The notes beneath the pieces are model-generated. The model made no database searches. It saw only the letters and a program-made list of their open reading frames with translations, and had not been told where the DNA came from. Below, one piece after another: positions 29,831 to 39,401 of a DNA stretch of 64,000 bases (position 1 is the stretch's first letter; every line of letters starts with the position of its first letter). This DNA is from a virus: IMG/VR virus record IMGVR_UViG_3300043409_000680, positions 9,634-73,633 of that record. One strand, written 5' to 3'. Both the position numbers and the translations under genes were made by a program.

Positions 29831-29992
29831 ATGCCTAATGCGCCTAAAACCCCGACACGTACTATACGTGTGTCAAACGATCTTTGGACTGCTGTTAAAG
29901 ACAAAGCCGCTATTGAAGAACGTACCGTTACGGACGTTATTATTCAGGCTCTAAAAGCCTATATTAAGGATTTGCATTCTACGGATTTATAG
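29831..29992 (+). CDS. ribbon-helix-helix DNA-binding protein (not in ORF track)
   Basis: RTIRVSNDLWTAVKDKAAIEERTVTDVIIQALKAY; probably leaderless. Confidence 0.8.
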   Translation: MPNAPKTPTRTIRVSNDLWTAVKDKAAIEERTVTDVIIQALKAYIKDLHSTDL

Positions 29993-30000
29993 TCTATAAT
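29972..30000 (+). promoter_or_regulatory. SigA-type promoter
   Basis: TTGCAT-17 nt-TATAAT. Confidence 0.7.
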
Positions 30001-30020
30001 ATTACTATAAGGGGGTAAAA

Positions 30021-30458
30021 ATGCCAAAAGTTATAAGCAAAGAACCAAGCAAAGTTGAAGACCCATTTTTGGGTAAAGTCCGAGAATTCCTTGGGCTTCG
30101 TAGTCGTGTAAAAGACCTAACAGCGCAGCAAGATGCTATTAAATCAGAGCTGTCTGATATTGTAGATACTGACGGTGAACCTGACGAAAAAGGTAGCCTG
30201 TATGTTTATTTACCTGAAGAAATTGATGGGTATGTTGCACTAAAACGTGAGCGCAAAGTTTCACAGTCTCTTGACGCAGACACAGCAGAAAAGCTTTTAA
30301 AAGAAAAGGGCTTATTTGACCGATGCTACATACTGGAGCCCGTTCTTAAAGAAGATGAAGTTATGGCTTGTCTATACGACGGGTTGCTTTCTGAAGAAGA
30401 AATTGATATAATGTTTCCTAAGAGAGTTTCATACGCTTTTATTCCAGTAAAGTCTTAA
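30021..30458 (+). CDS. hypothetical protein, N-terminal coiled coil
   Basis: Clean ORF after a promoter. Confidence 0.65.
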   Translation: MPKVISKEPSKVEDPFLGKVREFLGLRSRVKDLTAQQDAIKSELSDIVDTDGEPDEKGSLYVYLPEEIDGYVALKRERKVSQSLDADTAEKLLKEKGLFDRCYILEPVLKEDEVMACLYDGLLSEEEIDIMFPKRVSYAFIPVKS

Positions 30459-30460
30459 CA

Positions 30461-30934
30461 ATGTCCGACAAGGTCGAAGAGTTCTTTGGAAGCCTGGATG
30501 ATTACTACCCAGGCTCTAAACGTAAACGTCGCCCTATTGATCCAATTGTTTCAGATAAGAAAAAGAAAAAAGAAGAAGCAAATTCCTGGGATGCAAATCC
30601 TCAGGTAAAAACCTTACCTAACGGTAAGACAGTAGAGCTGTTTAGTGCAGGGTCATTGTGCCAAGCATTAGGCAGACCGATAGTAACTCTACGGCTGTGG
30701 GAACGTAAAGGTTATATACCGCGTGCACCTTACAGACTGCGGTCTATGATTATAGATGGAGTAAAGAAGCCAGGTTGGCGTATGTACTCTAGAGCTATGA
30801 TCGAGACTACTATCAAAAGTTTCGAGTCCAGGAAGCTACTTAATGCTCCCCGGATTGATTGGAATAAGTTTCCAGACTTATCATTTGAATTAATGGAAGA
30901 CTGGAAACAAATTCACGATCAAGAAACTGCTTAA
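30461..30934 (+). CDS. MerR/Xis-like HTH DNA-binding protein
   Basis: LGRPIVTLRLWERKGYIP...RMYS. Confidence 0.75.
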   Translation: MSDKVEEFFGSLDDYYPGSKRKRRPIDPIVSDKKKKKEEANSWDANPQVKTLPNGKTVELFSAGSLCQALGRPIVTLRLWERKGYIPRAPYRLRSMIIDGVKKPGWRMYSRAMIETTIKSFESRKLLNAPRIDWNKFPDLSFELMEDWKQIHDQETA

Positions 30935-30993
30935 TCAACTTAGCGCAAAAGCTCACCCGAGCTTAGCTATCAACCTACAACCGAAAGGACGCC

Positions 30994-31689
30994 ATGAGCG
31001 CCGCATCACTAAAGCTAAAGAAAGAAACACCTAATGTAGATTCATACGGATCTGCAGACCTTGAAGAAGAACTCTTTGAGGTAGAAGATGAAAATGAAAC
31101 TCCTGCTCGTTCATCTTCAGTACAATCAGGCTGGGCTGCTGCTAAAAAAGTAGCAAGCTCACAATCTAAGTCTTTTGCAACTGATTTCAAGTTTGACGAA
31201 GACGTGCAACTAATCAAGTTTATCTCTGATGAACCAATGGCTTTTATGCAACACTGGGTTAATCGCCCAGGTAAAAAGTCATTCATCAGCATCGGTGAAG
31301 ATGATCCACTACTAAAGGTTGGAAGTGTTCCTTCCCCTAAGTTTGCATTCACCGTACTAAATATCTCTGATGAAGAACCAGAGGTACAGTTAATGACCGT
31401 TGGGGTGCGCCTTTGTGGTCAGCTAGAGAAGCTTGCTTCGAATCCGAAGACAGGTCCTCTAAATCGTGCTGATCTCTATTGGGCAGTAAGCAAGTCTGGT
31501 CAAGGCACCAAAACTTCTTACTCTGTAGTTCCTGTAAAGGAACGAGACCTCGCTGAAGAATGGGAACTTGATCCCGTTGCTGTTGCTGAGTTGGTCAAAA
31601 CTGCTAAGCCTCTAGGGTCTGAAGCTCTCCAGACTTCTACCAAGGCCGAGTTGGCAGAGATTGCTCGTGAAATCGCAGCAAGCATCTAA
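30994..31689 (+). CDS. single-stranded DNA-binding protein (gp32-like)
   Basis: IKF..EP...QHWV; KSGQGTKTSYSV; position before the polymerase. Confidence 0.7.
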   Translation: MSAASLKLKKETPNVDSYGSADLEEELFEVEDENETPARSSSVQSGWAAAKKVASSQSKSFATDFKFDEDVQLIKFISDEPMAFMQHWVNRPGKKSFISIGEDDPLLKVGSVPSPKFAFTVLNISDEEPEVQLMTVGVRLCGQLEKLASNPKTGPLNRADLYWAVSKSGQGTKTSYSVVPVKERDLAEEWELDPVAVAELVKTAKPLGSEALQTSTKAELAEIAREIAASI

Positions 31690-31702
31690 GTAACCCATAA
31701 AC

Positions 31703-31749
31703 GTTGTGGGGGCCTGGTTTTTAACCTCCTTTCTACAGGCCCCCACAGC
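31703..31749 (+). promoter_or_regulatory. 14-bp hairpin with anti-SD loop upstream of the polymerase gene
   Basis: GTTGTGGGGGCCTG-[GTTTTTAACCTCCTTTCTA]-CAGGCCCCCACAGC. Confidence 0.7.
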
Positions 31750-31767
31750 ACCTATTTAAGGAGAGCA

Positions 31768-33756
31768 ATGAACATTATTACTACCACAGAACAGCTTGAT
31801 GAGTTTGTTGCTGCCTACGATAAAGTAGATGCATTTGTCTATGACGTAGAAACTGTTGGAGTACACCGAGGAGATCCACGACAGAATATTGTTACGTGGA
31901 TTGCTTTTGCTACTAACGGCCGTGTAGATGTTATTCCTATGGGTCATCCAAATGGTGATTATATTCGTACCAATTTTCCCCTCTTGCCTTCTGCTCAAGA
32001 CCGTATTATAAAAGGACTTGCTATTCGTCCATCAGACTACAGCAAAGATGAGCGCAAAGCAACTAAAGTATTTACAGAAGCACCAGAGCAATTAACTACT
32101 GGTGAAGTATTCAAGGCTCTTAAGCCTTTGTTTAGAAGTGATAAACTAAAGATCGGACACAACTTAAAGTTCGATCTGCAGAGTGTAACCAAGTACCTTG
32201 GTGCCCTGCCAGCGCAGCCGTACGCTTGTACCCTCAATGCTGCGTTTATTATTAATAGCCAGAACCGTCTCAACTTAGGTCTTGATGATTGCCTAAAGCG
32301 TGAGTTTGGTTACGAAATGGTTAAGGGTGTGGGTAAAGAAGTCGAAGTCTACAGCTTTGATGAGGTTGCTACCTACGCTGCCTTAGATGCTGAGTGGACG
32401 TGGAAACTGTGGCAAAAGTACTCCCAAGATCTTGACAATGATAACTTGCGTGGACTATTCCGTCTTGAAATGGATGTGCTTGAGGTTATCTCTAATATGG
32501 AGCTTCATGGCGCTAACATTGACGTAAGCCAGTTAACAAAGCTTAAAGCGGAGCTTGAGGTACAGCTGGAGACTACAAAAGCTACTATCTACAGGCTAGC
32601 AGGTAAGGCTTTTAATATTAATAGTATTCCTGAAAAGCAAAGACTTGTTTTTGGCGCTAAGAAAGATGGCGGACGAGGTTTAAAACCTAAGGGACGTAAT
32701 GCGTTAACTCCAAAAGGTACAAAGAATGAAGAAAGCGGAAACGCTCTTTCTATTACAGATTACTCTGTATCTGAGCCAGCATTAAAAATCTTTCAAGGCA
32801 AAGATGCTTTAGTAGATGCTCTACTTAACTATGCTGATTTAAATAAACTATTAACTACATATGTTATTCCATACTTAGGTGGAGACATTACCCGTACAAC
32901 TTCAGGTAAAGCTAAGATTGTTGCTAAGAAGAGTCTGTTAGTTAAGGGAAAGATCCATACTGATTTTATACAGTATGGTGCTGAAACGGGTCGCTTTGCT
33001 TCACGCAACCCTAACCTTCAAAATATCCCTAACTCTAAAAGTGTCAACGGTAAGGCGATCCGTAACCTCTTCGTTGCTCCGGATGGTTACAAAATGATTG
33101 TGGCTGACTACTCACAGATCGAACCACGTGTCACCGCTTCCTTCAGCGGGGATCGCCTTATGTGTGAGGGTTACTTAAATGGTGAAGATGTGTACGTAAC
33201 CATGGGTAAGCTTATGGGTATTGATGATCGTCCCAAGTGTAAGACCTTGTTTCTTGCTGTTATGTACGGAGTTGGCCCAGATAAAGTAGCAGCAGATATT
33301 GGCTGCTCTGTTAGCGAGGCTCGTGACTTGTTAGATCAGTTTGCAGGTAAATTTCCTACTGTTATGCGTTATAAGAAGCAAGTCATTTCTGACTCACGTC
33401 GACGTGGCCCAATACCTTACGCCAAGACTTATTTAGGACGCCGCCGTTACTTGCCTAATCTTCGTTCTGGTGTAATGTGGGAGCGTGCCCAGGCAGAGCG
33501 CCAGGCGTTTAACACTGTTATACAAGGGTCTTCAGCAGATCTTATAAAGCTTGCTATGATTAGGGCACATAAGCTAATCCCGGATAAAGCAAGCCTTATC
33601 CTTACCATCCACGATGAACTTGTAACTGTTACTCCAGAGAATTTGGTAGAAGAAACAGAAGCAGCAATTCGTGAGGCTATGGAAGGAATTACCGCTCTCA
33701 GCATTCCGTTGTTAGCAGAAGTAAGTATTGCTAATAGATGGGGAGATGCTAAATAA
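31768..33756 (+). CDS. polA: family A DNA polymerase with 3'-5' exonuclease
   Basis: DVET/HNLKFD/YAALDA exonuclease motifs; TGR..S..PNLQN, ADYSQIE, K..FL...YG, IHDEL. Confidence 0.95.
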   Translation: MNIITTTEQLDEFVAAYDKVDAFVYDVETVGVHRGDPRQNIVTWIAFATNGRVDVIPMGHPNGDYIRTNFPLLPSAQDRIIKGLAIRPSDYSKDERKATKVFTEAPEQLTTGEVFKALKPLFRSDKLKIGHNLKFDLQSVTKYLGALPAQPYACTLNAAFIINSQNRLNLGLDDCLKREFGYEMVKGVGKEVEVYSFDEVATYAALDAEWTWKLWQKYSQDLDNDNLRGLFRLEMDVLEVISNMELHGANIDVSQLTKLKAELEVQLETTKATIYRLAGKAFNINSIPEKQRLVFGAKKDGGRGLKPKGRNALTPKGTKNEESGNALSITDYSVSEPALKIFQGKDALVDALLNYADLNKLLTTYVIPYLGGDITRTTSGKAKIVAKKSLLVKGKIHTDFIQYGAETGRFASRNPNLQNIPNSKSVNGKAIRNLFVAPDGYKMIVADYSQIEPRVTASFSGDRLMCEGYLNGEDVYVTMGKLMGIDDRPKCKTLFLAVMYGVGPDKVAADIGCSVSEARDLLDQFAGKFPTVMRYKKQVISDSRRRGPIPYAKTYLGRRRYLPNLRSGVMWERAQAERQAFNTVIQGSSADLIKLAMIRAHKLIPDKASLILTIHDELVTVTPENLVEETEAAIREAMEGITALSIPLLAEVSIANRWGDAK

Positions 33757-34187
33757 TGTTTGGTAGAAAAAAGAAACAGTCAGAACAGCTGTCTAGGCTA
33801 TTGAGTGTGCCGTTGCCTGTTTTAATTAGACAAGTTATTTACGATTCTATGTTAGAGCCAGCAGAAGACATTGCTGAAGCTTTAGGCTTACCTCCAATTT
33901 CTGATGAGGTATCTGAAATGGAAGAGCGTGCAAGTCAAGATCGTTTGCAATTCTTTTCTCAACTACTTCCTTTTATTGACTCACATGCAGATATTGCAGC
34001 AAAGATTGCTTCAGCAGCATATGTGTTTTCTGATGAAATTGACACAGAAGAAAAAGTAGAGAGCATTGATTTAGAGGAAATGACTAAGTTATTTAGGCTT
34101 GTATCGTTGTCTGCGTCAGTATCTTGCATCTCTACATTATTTAGTTTAGACCTAATACACTTGAATGGAGCAAAGCATGGCAAATAA
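33756..34187 (+). CDS. hypothetical protein
   Basis: TAATG-coupled ORF. Confidence 0.65.
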   Translation: MFGRKKKQSEQLSRLLSVPLPVLIRQVIYDSMLEPAEDIAEALGLPPISDEVSEMEERASQDRLQFFSQLLPFIDSHADIAAKIASAAYVFSDEIDTEEKVESIDLEEMTKLFRLVSLSASVSCISTLFSLDLIHLNGAKHGK

Positions 34188-34572
34188 TGATTGGTGGGCT
34201 AACAAGTTAGGTGGAAAAACCGGTTCTTCAAGTTCTACACCTGCAGTAGGTCCTGCACCCAACGTGCCATACAGCCCTCCTGCACAGCAACCAAATGTAC
34301 AGGTTAACTATGATCCTGAAAATGATCAGTTAGTTTCTAAAGCTAGGACATCACGCATGTCTGATCGTTGTCCTGAATGCAACAGTGGTAACTATTTTGC
34401 TCCACAAGGTACGCAACGAATGCGTTGTTACGACTGCGGGTACCCTGTAATGCAGTCTGGTTCAGGTGCAGGAATGCCTAGTGGAAGTAGCGCAGGGCCT
34501 ACTCAAGCTGCAAAGCAAGTGGGACAAAAGGGCGGGTTTAATCCAAACATAATTGTAGATAGGATCGGGTAA
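34177..34572 (+). CDS. zinc-ribbon protein
   Basis: CPECNSGNY...RCYDCGYP. Confidence 0.7.
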   Translation: MANNDWWANKLGGKTGSSSSTPAVGPAPNVPYSPPAQQPNVQVNYDPENDQLVSKARTSRMSDRCPECNSGNYFAPQGTQRMRCYDCGYPVMQSGSGAGMPSGSSAGPTQAAKQVGQKGGFNPNIIVDRIG

Positions 34573-35633
34573 TGAAACTTAACGCAGAAGCTTTAAAAGT
34601 TGTAGCAAACATTAACAAAAAGGTTGGTGCGGGCACTGTGTTACTTGCTAGTCAAGTGCGATTGCCTGAACGTATCACTACCGGATCACTTACTTTAGAT
34701 GTAGTTCTTGGCGGCGGTTGGCCAATGAATCATTGGGTAGAACTAGTTGGAGAAGCATCACATGGTAAGACTGCTCTTGCTCTACGTACTATTGGTGCTA
34801 ACCAACAAAACAATCCAGACTTTACCGCTGTTTGGATTGCAGCTGAAGCGTTTGACGCACAGTATGCAGAATTATGCGGGGTTGACACAGAGCGTGTCAT
34901 TCTTGTAGAGACAAATAGTATGGAGGATGCTTTCGATGCAGTTATTCAATTCATGGAAAGTAAAGCTGTTGATATGGTCGTTGTTGATTCTCTTCCTGCC
35001 CTGGTTCCTAGTGCAGAGGACGAGAAGCACATGGAAGAGTTCACCGTTGGACGAGGAGCACTCATCACCAACAAGTTCTTCCGTAAAGTAGCCTCAGCTA
35101 CTAAACGTGACTTAATAGAAGCAGAGCGCCCTGTATTAGGGCTTATGATCAATCAGTATCGAATGAAAATTGGAGTTATGCATGGAGATCCACGTACCAC
35201 CCCAGGTGGTCTTGGAAAAGACTACGCCTATAGTATCCGAGCAGAAGTCAAGCGCGATGACTGGCTGGAGGTTGGGACTGGGCAGGATAAGCGTCGCATT
35301 GGACAGACTATCCGAGTTAGAACCATTAAGAATAAGACCTTCCCGCCACAACAAACGGCGTACCTAGACTTTTACTTTGCAGACGGCGGCCCAATTGATG
35401 CTGGAAGCTATGACACTGGCAAAGAGATTGTTGCCCTAGGTATACTAAACGGTATCATTGACCGCAGGGGTGGCTGGATGTATTACGGGGACCGTAAGTG
35501 GCAAGGTGCTCAAGCGTTGATCGAATCCCTTCGTGAGGAGGTAGACTTAGCTAGTGAGATTAGCACAGCCGTAATGGATACGCTAAGATCTGCTCCAATC
35601 TTGTTGCTTAACAAAGATGACAGTGAAGAGTGA
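34572..35633 (+). CDS. recA: RecA/UvsX recombinase
   Basis: TGSLTLD..LGGG, GEASHGKT, VVVDS, INQ.R.KIGVMHGDP.TTPGG, KNK. Confidence 0.95.
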   Translation: MKLNAEALKVVANINKKVGAGTVLLASQVRLPERITTGSLTLDVVLGGGWPMNHWVELVGEASHGKTALALRTIGANQQNNPDFTAVWIAAEAFDAQYAELCGVDTERVILVETNSMEDAFDAVIQFMESKAVDMVVVDSLPALVPSAEDEKHMEEFTVGRGALITNKFFRKVASATKRDLIEAERPVLGLMINQYRMKIGVMHGDPRTTPGGLGKDYAYSIRAEVKRDDWLEVGTGQDKRRIGQTIRVRTIKNKTFPPQQTAYLDFYFADGGPIDAGSYDTGKEIVALGILNGIIDRRGGWMYYGDRKWQGAQALIESLREEVDLASEISTAVMDTLRSAPILLLNKDDSEE

Positions 35634-35940
35634 AGGACAAAAGCAATCTCTTAAACATGAAAAACGTTTAGAGAAAGCAATAGGCGGCCAGCGCAGTGCC
35701 GCTTCCGGTGCATTTTGGTCTCGTAAGGGGGACGTCAGAAGTGACGACCTTCTTATTGAACACAAATGGACGGGAAAGAAACAAGTTACTATTAAGTCTG
35801 ACGTACTTAAGAAAATAACTATTGAAGCAATCTTAGATAGCAGAATGCCTGTTCTTGGGTTGCATCTTGACGGTGAGAATTATGTTGTTCTATGTGAGGA
35901 GGATTTCTTTGAGTTACGTAACTCAGTAAAAGGTGAATAA
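35617..35940 (+). CDS. PD-(D/E)xK Holliday junction resolvase-like protein
   Basis: E...SGA...KGDV...IEHK. Confidence 0.75.
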   Translation: MTVKSEGQKQSLKHEKRLEKAIGGQRSAASGAFWSRKGDVRSDDLLIEHKWTGKKQVTIKSDVLKKITIEAILDSRMPVLGLHLDGENYVVLCEEDFFELRNSVKGE

Positions 35941-36272
35941 TGCGATATAGCGATGACCCGTCATGGACATGGCGGTATGAGGCTAAGTGTAGGGGCGAAG
36001 ACACAGAGTTATTTTTTCCACCCCGTGATAAGGCTTTATACAAACCTATCGCAGATAAAGCTAAAGCAATTTGCTTAGGCAAGGATGGGCGACCAGTTTG
36101 CCCAGTTAGACAAGAGTGCCTTAAAGAGGCTATAATGAATGAAGAGCTTCACGGAATATTTGGTGGGATGTCCCACAGAGAACGGAATGCAGTAAAACGT
36201 AAAATTACAAAGCAGGGGATTACCCTTGATGAGTGGTTAGAGAAAGAGGGCAGAAAGTATGGGAAAACCTAG
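35940..36272 (+). CDS. whiB: WhiB family transcription factor
   Basis: W...AKC...FFP...AKAIC...CPVRQEC...GIFGG...ER. Confidence 0.9.
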   Translation: MRYSDDPSWTWRYEAKCRGEDTELFFPPRDKALYKPIADKAKAICLGKDGRPVCPVRQECLKEAIMNEELHGIFGGMSHRERNAVKRKITKQGITLDEWLEKEGRKYGKT

Positions 36273-37119
36273 AACTATTGCTAGCAAGGACTTAAAAGCG
36301 TTCCTTGATGCTAACAAGCGTACCACTAGACTTATGGGCGCTATTGAACGACATGTAATTTCTAAACCATTTGATAACCGCAATATGAAGGTTATCCACC
36401 CCTCAGATATTATTAAAGATGAGTGGTGCGGTCTTGCACAATACCACGCATTACTTGGGAACTATAAAGAAGTAAGAGATAAGCCAGCACTGCGTATGTC
36501 ATCTATCTTTGCTGAGGGTCACGTGATCCATGCTAAGTGGCAGCAATGGCTGCAAGAAATGGGTGTGCTCTATGGTTATTGGAAAAAGGGCAACAAGAAA
36601 GTTGGCCCGGTACTAGCTTCTGAAGTATCTAAAACTCACACGTATGCTGAGTTCCCACTGACTAGTGCTAAACATATGATGGCCGGTCACACTGATGGTT
36701 GGGTCAAAGGAATTGGTGAAGATTTCTTAATTGAGATTAAGTCTATTGGATCAGGCACACTGCGTTATGAAGCGCCTGCAATTCTTGCACAAGCTGAAGG
36801 TGACATTGAGAAGGCATGGAAAAATATTAAGATGCCTTTCCGTGCACACCAATTGCAAGGTCAAGTTTATTTGCACTTATGCCATTTAATGGTAGAAGAA
36901 GGGTTGATCCCCTCAGCACCAAATGAGATTGTTTTTATCTACGAGCTTAAAGCCAACCAGGATTATAAAGAGTTTGTAGTTCAGTACTCTCCTGAGTTTA
37001 CTGCTGAAATCTTTGAAAAAGCCAGAGATGTAGCATGGGCTGTAGAAAATAGCCGACCACCTGTTTGTTCAACCGACCCAGAGAAGGGATGTAAACGCTG
37101 TGAGCCTTTCCGTATCTAA
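36259..37119 (+). CDS. Cas4-like PD-(D/E)xK exonuclease
   Basis: HPS...C, G..IH, GHTDG, IEIKS, Q.QVY, C-terminal C..C..C. Confidence 0.8.
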   Translation: MGKPRTIASKDLKAFLDANKRTTRLMGAIERHVISKPFDNRNMKVIHPSDIIKDEWCGLAQYHALLGNYKEVRDKPALRMSSIFAEGHVIHAKWQQWLQEMGVLYGYWKKGNKKVGPVLASEVSKTHTYAEFPLTSAKHMMAGHTDGWVKGIGEDFLIEIKSIGSGTLRYEAPAILAQAEGDIEKAWKNIKMPFRAHQLQGQVYLHLCHLMVEEGLIPSAPNEIVFIYELKANQDYKEFVVQYSPEFTAEIFEKARDVAWAVENSRPPVCSTDPEKGCKRCEPFRI

Positions 37120-37591
37120 GAGAGCTTTAGACACCATTACTGAGTTAGGCTTCCCACTAAGCCCTAAACCTAAGTACGATATACCTGGTTTGCCCCGTGA
37201 CATTACAGAGTTAGACGATGAAGGCCTTATGGATCTTTTTGTTCAGTTCACACAGTGGAATGATCATTTAGCTGGTGCACACGCTATTGCTATTATTAAT
37301 GAGAGAGAATCTCAAAGAGCGTTAGATAATGCTGAAGATGCAGCTATGATGGCTAACTGGACTGGTGCAAAAGGCGGGGACAAAATTACTATTATTAAGG
37401 CCATTATTGGGGCCAGCCAATCCATTCAAGATCTTAAACAAGACGCAGATATTAAATACGCTTTTCGTAAGCTTATAGAGACCAAGACCCAGTGTGTAGA
37501 GCGTGACTCTCAACTAGTATCTCGTGAATTAACTCGTCGTACCTCAGACGGAGGCGGCATGCGATCTAGAACAAGAAAGTTTAACACATGA
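37100..37591 (+). CDS. helical protein, possible UvsY-like recombination mediator
   Basis: Helical; ends VSRELTRR; sits in the recombination block. Confidence 0.45.
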   Translation: MSLSVSKRALDTITELGFPLSPKPKYDIPGLPRDITELDDEGLMDLFVQFTQWNDHLAGAHAIAIINERESQRALDNAEDAAMMANWTGAKGGDKITIIKAIIGASQSIQDLKQDADIKYAFRKLIETKTQCVERDSQLVSRELTRRTSDGGGMRSRTRKFNT

Positions 37592-37710
37592 GTCACGAAT
37601 GTTCTTTTACGTTAGACCTTGACGGACAGGTAACTTGTTTGCATTGTGGTGCCATGGATGATGTTACTCCTCCTTCTTGGGGAGACATTCCAGTTAGTTT
37701 TGAGGAATAA
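37588..37710 (+). CDS. micro-protein (not in ORF track)
   Basis: MSHECSFTLDLDGQVTCLHCGAMDD; ATGA overlap. Confidence 0.55.
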   Translation: MSHECSFTLDLDGQVTCLHCGAMDDVTPPSWGDIPVSFEE

Positions 37711-37800
37711 ATGAAAAAAGCATATCCTGAAGAATGGATTGGAATTTGCGGTAAATGGCATCATGCCTATTCTAATAATGAATGTGAGGACTGTAAATGA
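37711..37800 (+). CDS. micro-protein (not in ORF track)
   Basis: SD GAGG; 29 aa with Cys/His; ATGA overlap with the next gene. Confidence 0.45.
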   Translation: MKKAYPEEWIGICGKWHHAYSNNECEDCK

Positions 37801-38048
37801 GTAAGCGCCAAGAAAAGATTGCTGGTCGTAAAGAAGAGCAGGCTGCTTTCTTAACAGCTCGCCGCCAAGATAATATGGCTAAGTTTGCAGCTAGGGTTGA
37901 AATGGGCAAGATGCTTCTCAATGATAATAGGGACAAGATTCCTGCTGAAGAGTTAGCTCTCCTAGAAGCTGAGCTTGCACAGAATGAAAAGATAATTGCT
38001 GATTATTTGGAGGAAATAAAGAATGCCGAGTCAACACAGGAAGCATAG
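37797..38048 (+). CDS. hypothetical protein
   Basis: Coupled ORF. Confidence 0.65.
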   Translation: MSKRQEKIAGRKEEQAAFLTARRQDNMAKFAARVEMGKMLLNDNRDKIPAEELALLEAELAQNEKIIADYLEEIKNAESTQEA

Positions 38049-38370
38049 AGGTTACCGCTCACAGAAAGTAGTAGCTAACTACTTAGCTGAGCACGGGTTT
38101 CCATTTGCTGAGTCTACTGGTGCAGGCCGTCCCGGTACAGATATTACTGGCACTGTTGGTATTGACTGGGAAGTAAAAGCACGTAAGGATTTCAGCCCTA
38201 GCACGGTAATTAAACAGCTTAAGGATCGTTCTAATGGAAAAGATCTACCCGTTGCTGTACTGCGCTTAAATGGGCAAGGAGAGGCTTCTATTGGGGAGTG
38301 GGTGACCATCCTTAGACTAGAAGACTTTGTAAAGCTACTTAAGGATGCGGGATACGGCGATACACCTTAG
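38023..38370 (+). CDS. PD-(D/E)xK nuclease / resolvase-like protein
   Basis: RG...VA.YL, G.DI, EVKAR. Confidence 0.75.
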   Translation: MPSQHRKHRGYRSQKVVANYLAEHGFPFAESTGAGRPGTDITGTVGIDWEVKARKDFSPSTVIKQLKDRSNGKDLPVAVLRLNGQGEASIGEWVTILRLEDFVKLLKDAGYGDTP

Positions 38371-38420
38371 AATAGTACTTAGGTGGGCGACTATAAATCG
38401 AACCTAAAGGACTACAAATT

Positions 38421-38699
38421 GTGACTGAAATTCAAGAAGAAAACATCCTGCGTGCAGGAGCCGGCTCAAATGCTCAATCATTAGGGTCTGCAATAGCACA
38501 CGCTTTATATGAATCCCCACAGGTTAAGGTAAGGGCCGTAGGCGCCTCAGCCGTAAACCAAGCAGTGAAGGCAATTGCTATCGCTAGTGGCTACGTAGCC
38601 CCTAGAGGAATGCGATTAGCTACTATCCCCGGGTTTACCACAGTGGACTCTAGAGATGGAAAAATCTCAGCAATAGTATTTACAATTTTCTCTATTTGA
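38421..38699 (+). CDS. spoVS: SpoVS-family (Alba-like) protein
   Basis: SAIAHAL...RAVGASAVNQAVKAIAIASGYVAP.G..L..IPGF...ISAIVF. Confidence 0.88.
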   Translation: MTEIQEENILRAGAGSNAQSLGSAIAHALYESPQVKVRAVGASAVNQAVKAIAIASGYVAPRGMRLATIPGFTTVDSRDGKISAIVFTIFSI

Positions 38700-38747
38700 T
38701 ATACTCTTAGGGCAAGAGCTCGAGCTCTCTAACAGTTAGGTACCAAC

Positions 38748-39107
38748 ATGGCAAAGTCAGATCTAGACACTGCGGTAGCCGCAGGAAACACACAGGGTCG
38801 TTCTACTATGGGTAGCGAAGGCGTGAAGTTTTCTTCACCGTCTGCCTCACCAGCATCAGGAACACTTGTAGAAAAGAAGAACACAGCAGCTGGGGACCCA
38901 ACAGCTTCTGGAACAAAAGCAAATCGTGTGAACGTACAGCAGACTCCAGCAATGGAGCGTAATGGTGCGGCTAACACAATTAAAGGTATGTATATGAAGC
39001 AAACCGATCCCGCAGCAGGACTAACACAGGCTAATGGCCGTATTGTTTCTCCTTCAGTAGTTCGTAGCACACAAAGCTTTGATCAAGGAATTGGCACTTC
39101 GTACTAA
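38748..39107 (+). CDS. low-complexity hypothetical protein
   Basis: Ala/Thr/Ser/Gly-rich ORF. Confidence 0.6.
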   Translation: MAKSDLDTAVAAGNTQGRSTMGSEGVKFSSPSASPASGTLVEKKNTAAGDPTASGTKANRVNVQQTPAMERNGAANTIKGMYMKQTDPAAGLTQANGRIVSPSVVRSTQSFDQGIGTSY

Positions 39108-39155
39108 AATATGTTATAATAAGTAATAGGGCCTGACTAACCTCGGGCCCTATTA
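39091..39155 (+). promoter_or_regulatory. promoter with extended -10 followed by a 13-bp inverted repeat
   Basis: TTGGCA...TGTTATAAT; TAATAGGGCCTGA-CTAACC-TCGGGCCCTATTA. Confidence 0.6.
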
Positions 39156-39170
39156 AAATTAGGAGGCGCA

Positions 39171-39401
39171 ATGCTAGAACAGTTATATGAAAAAGCAAAA
39201 CTAGAAAGCGTAGCTAACCGCTGCGTTGTAGCACAATGGGGCCAGCAATTTACAGGCTCTGACAAAGAAGCCTTTAATGCATCTATTGCAGATGATGACT
39301 TCTCTAATAAAAACCTGTTTAACTTATACAAAGATGCCGGGGCCAACTTTAGTTTAACTTCTCTCCGTGCTCATAGAGTAGGAGAATGTGGATGTCGCTA
39401 G
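39171..39401 (+). CDS. hypothetical protein
   Basis: SD AGGAGG; ends HRxGECGC. Confidence 0.65.
   Translation: MLEQLYEKAKLESVANRCVVAQWGQQFTGSDKEAFNASIADDDFSNKNLFNLYKDAGANFSLTSLRAHRVGECGCR

Noticed and set aside
36259-37119. Cas4 as part of a CRISPR-Cas system
   Set aside because: No other cas genes or array; stand-alone Cas4-like nucleases are common in phage recombination blocks
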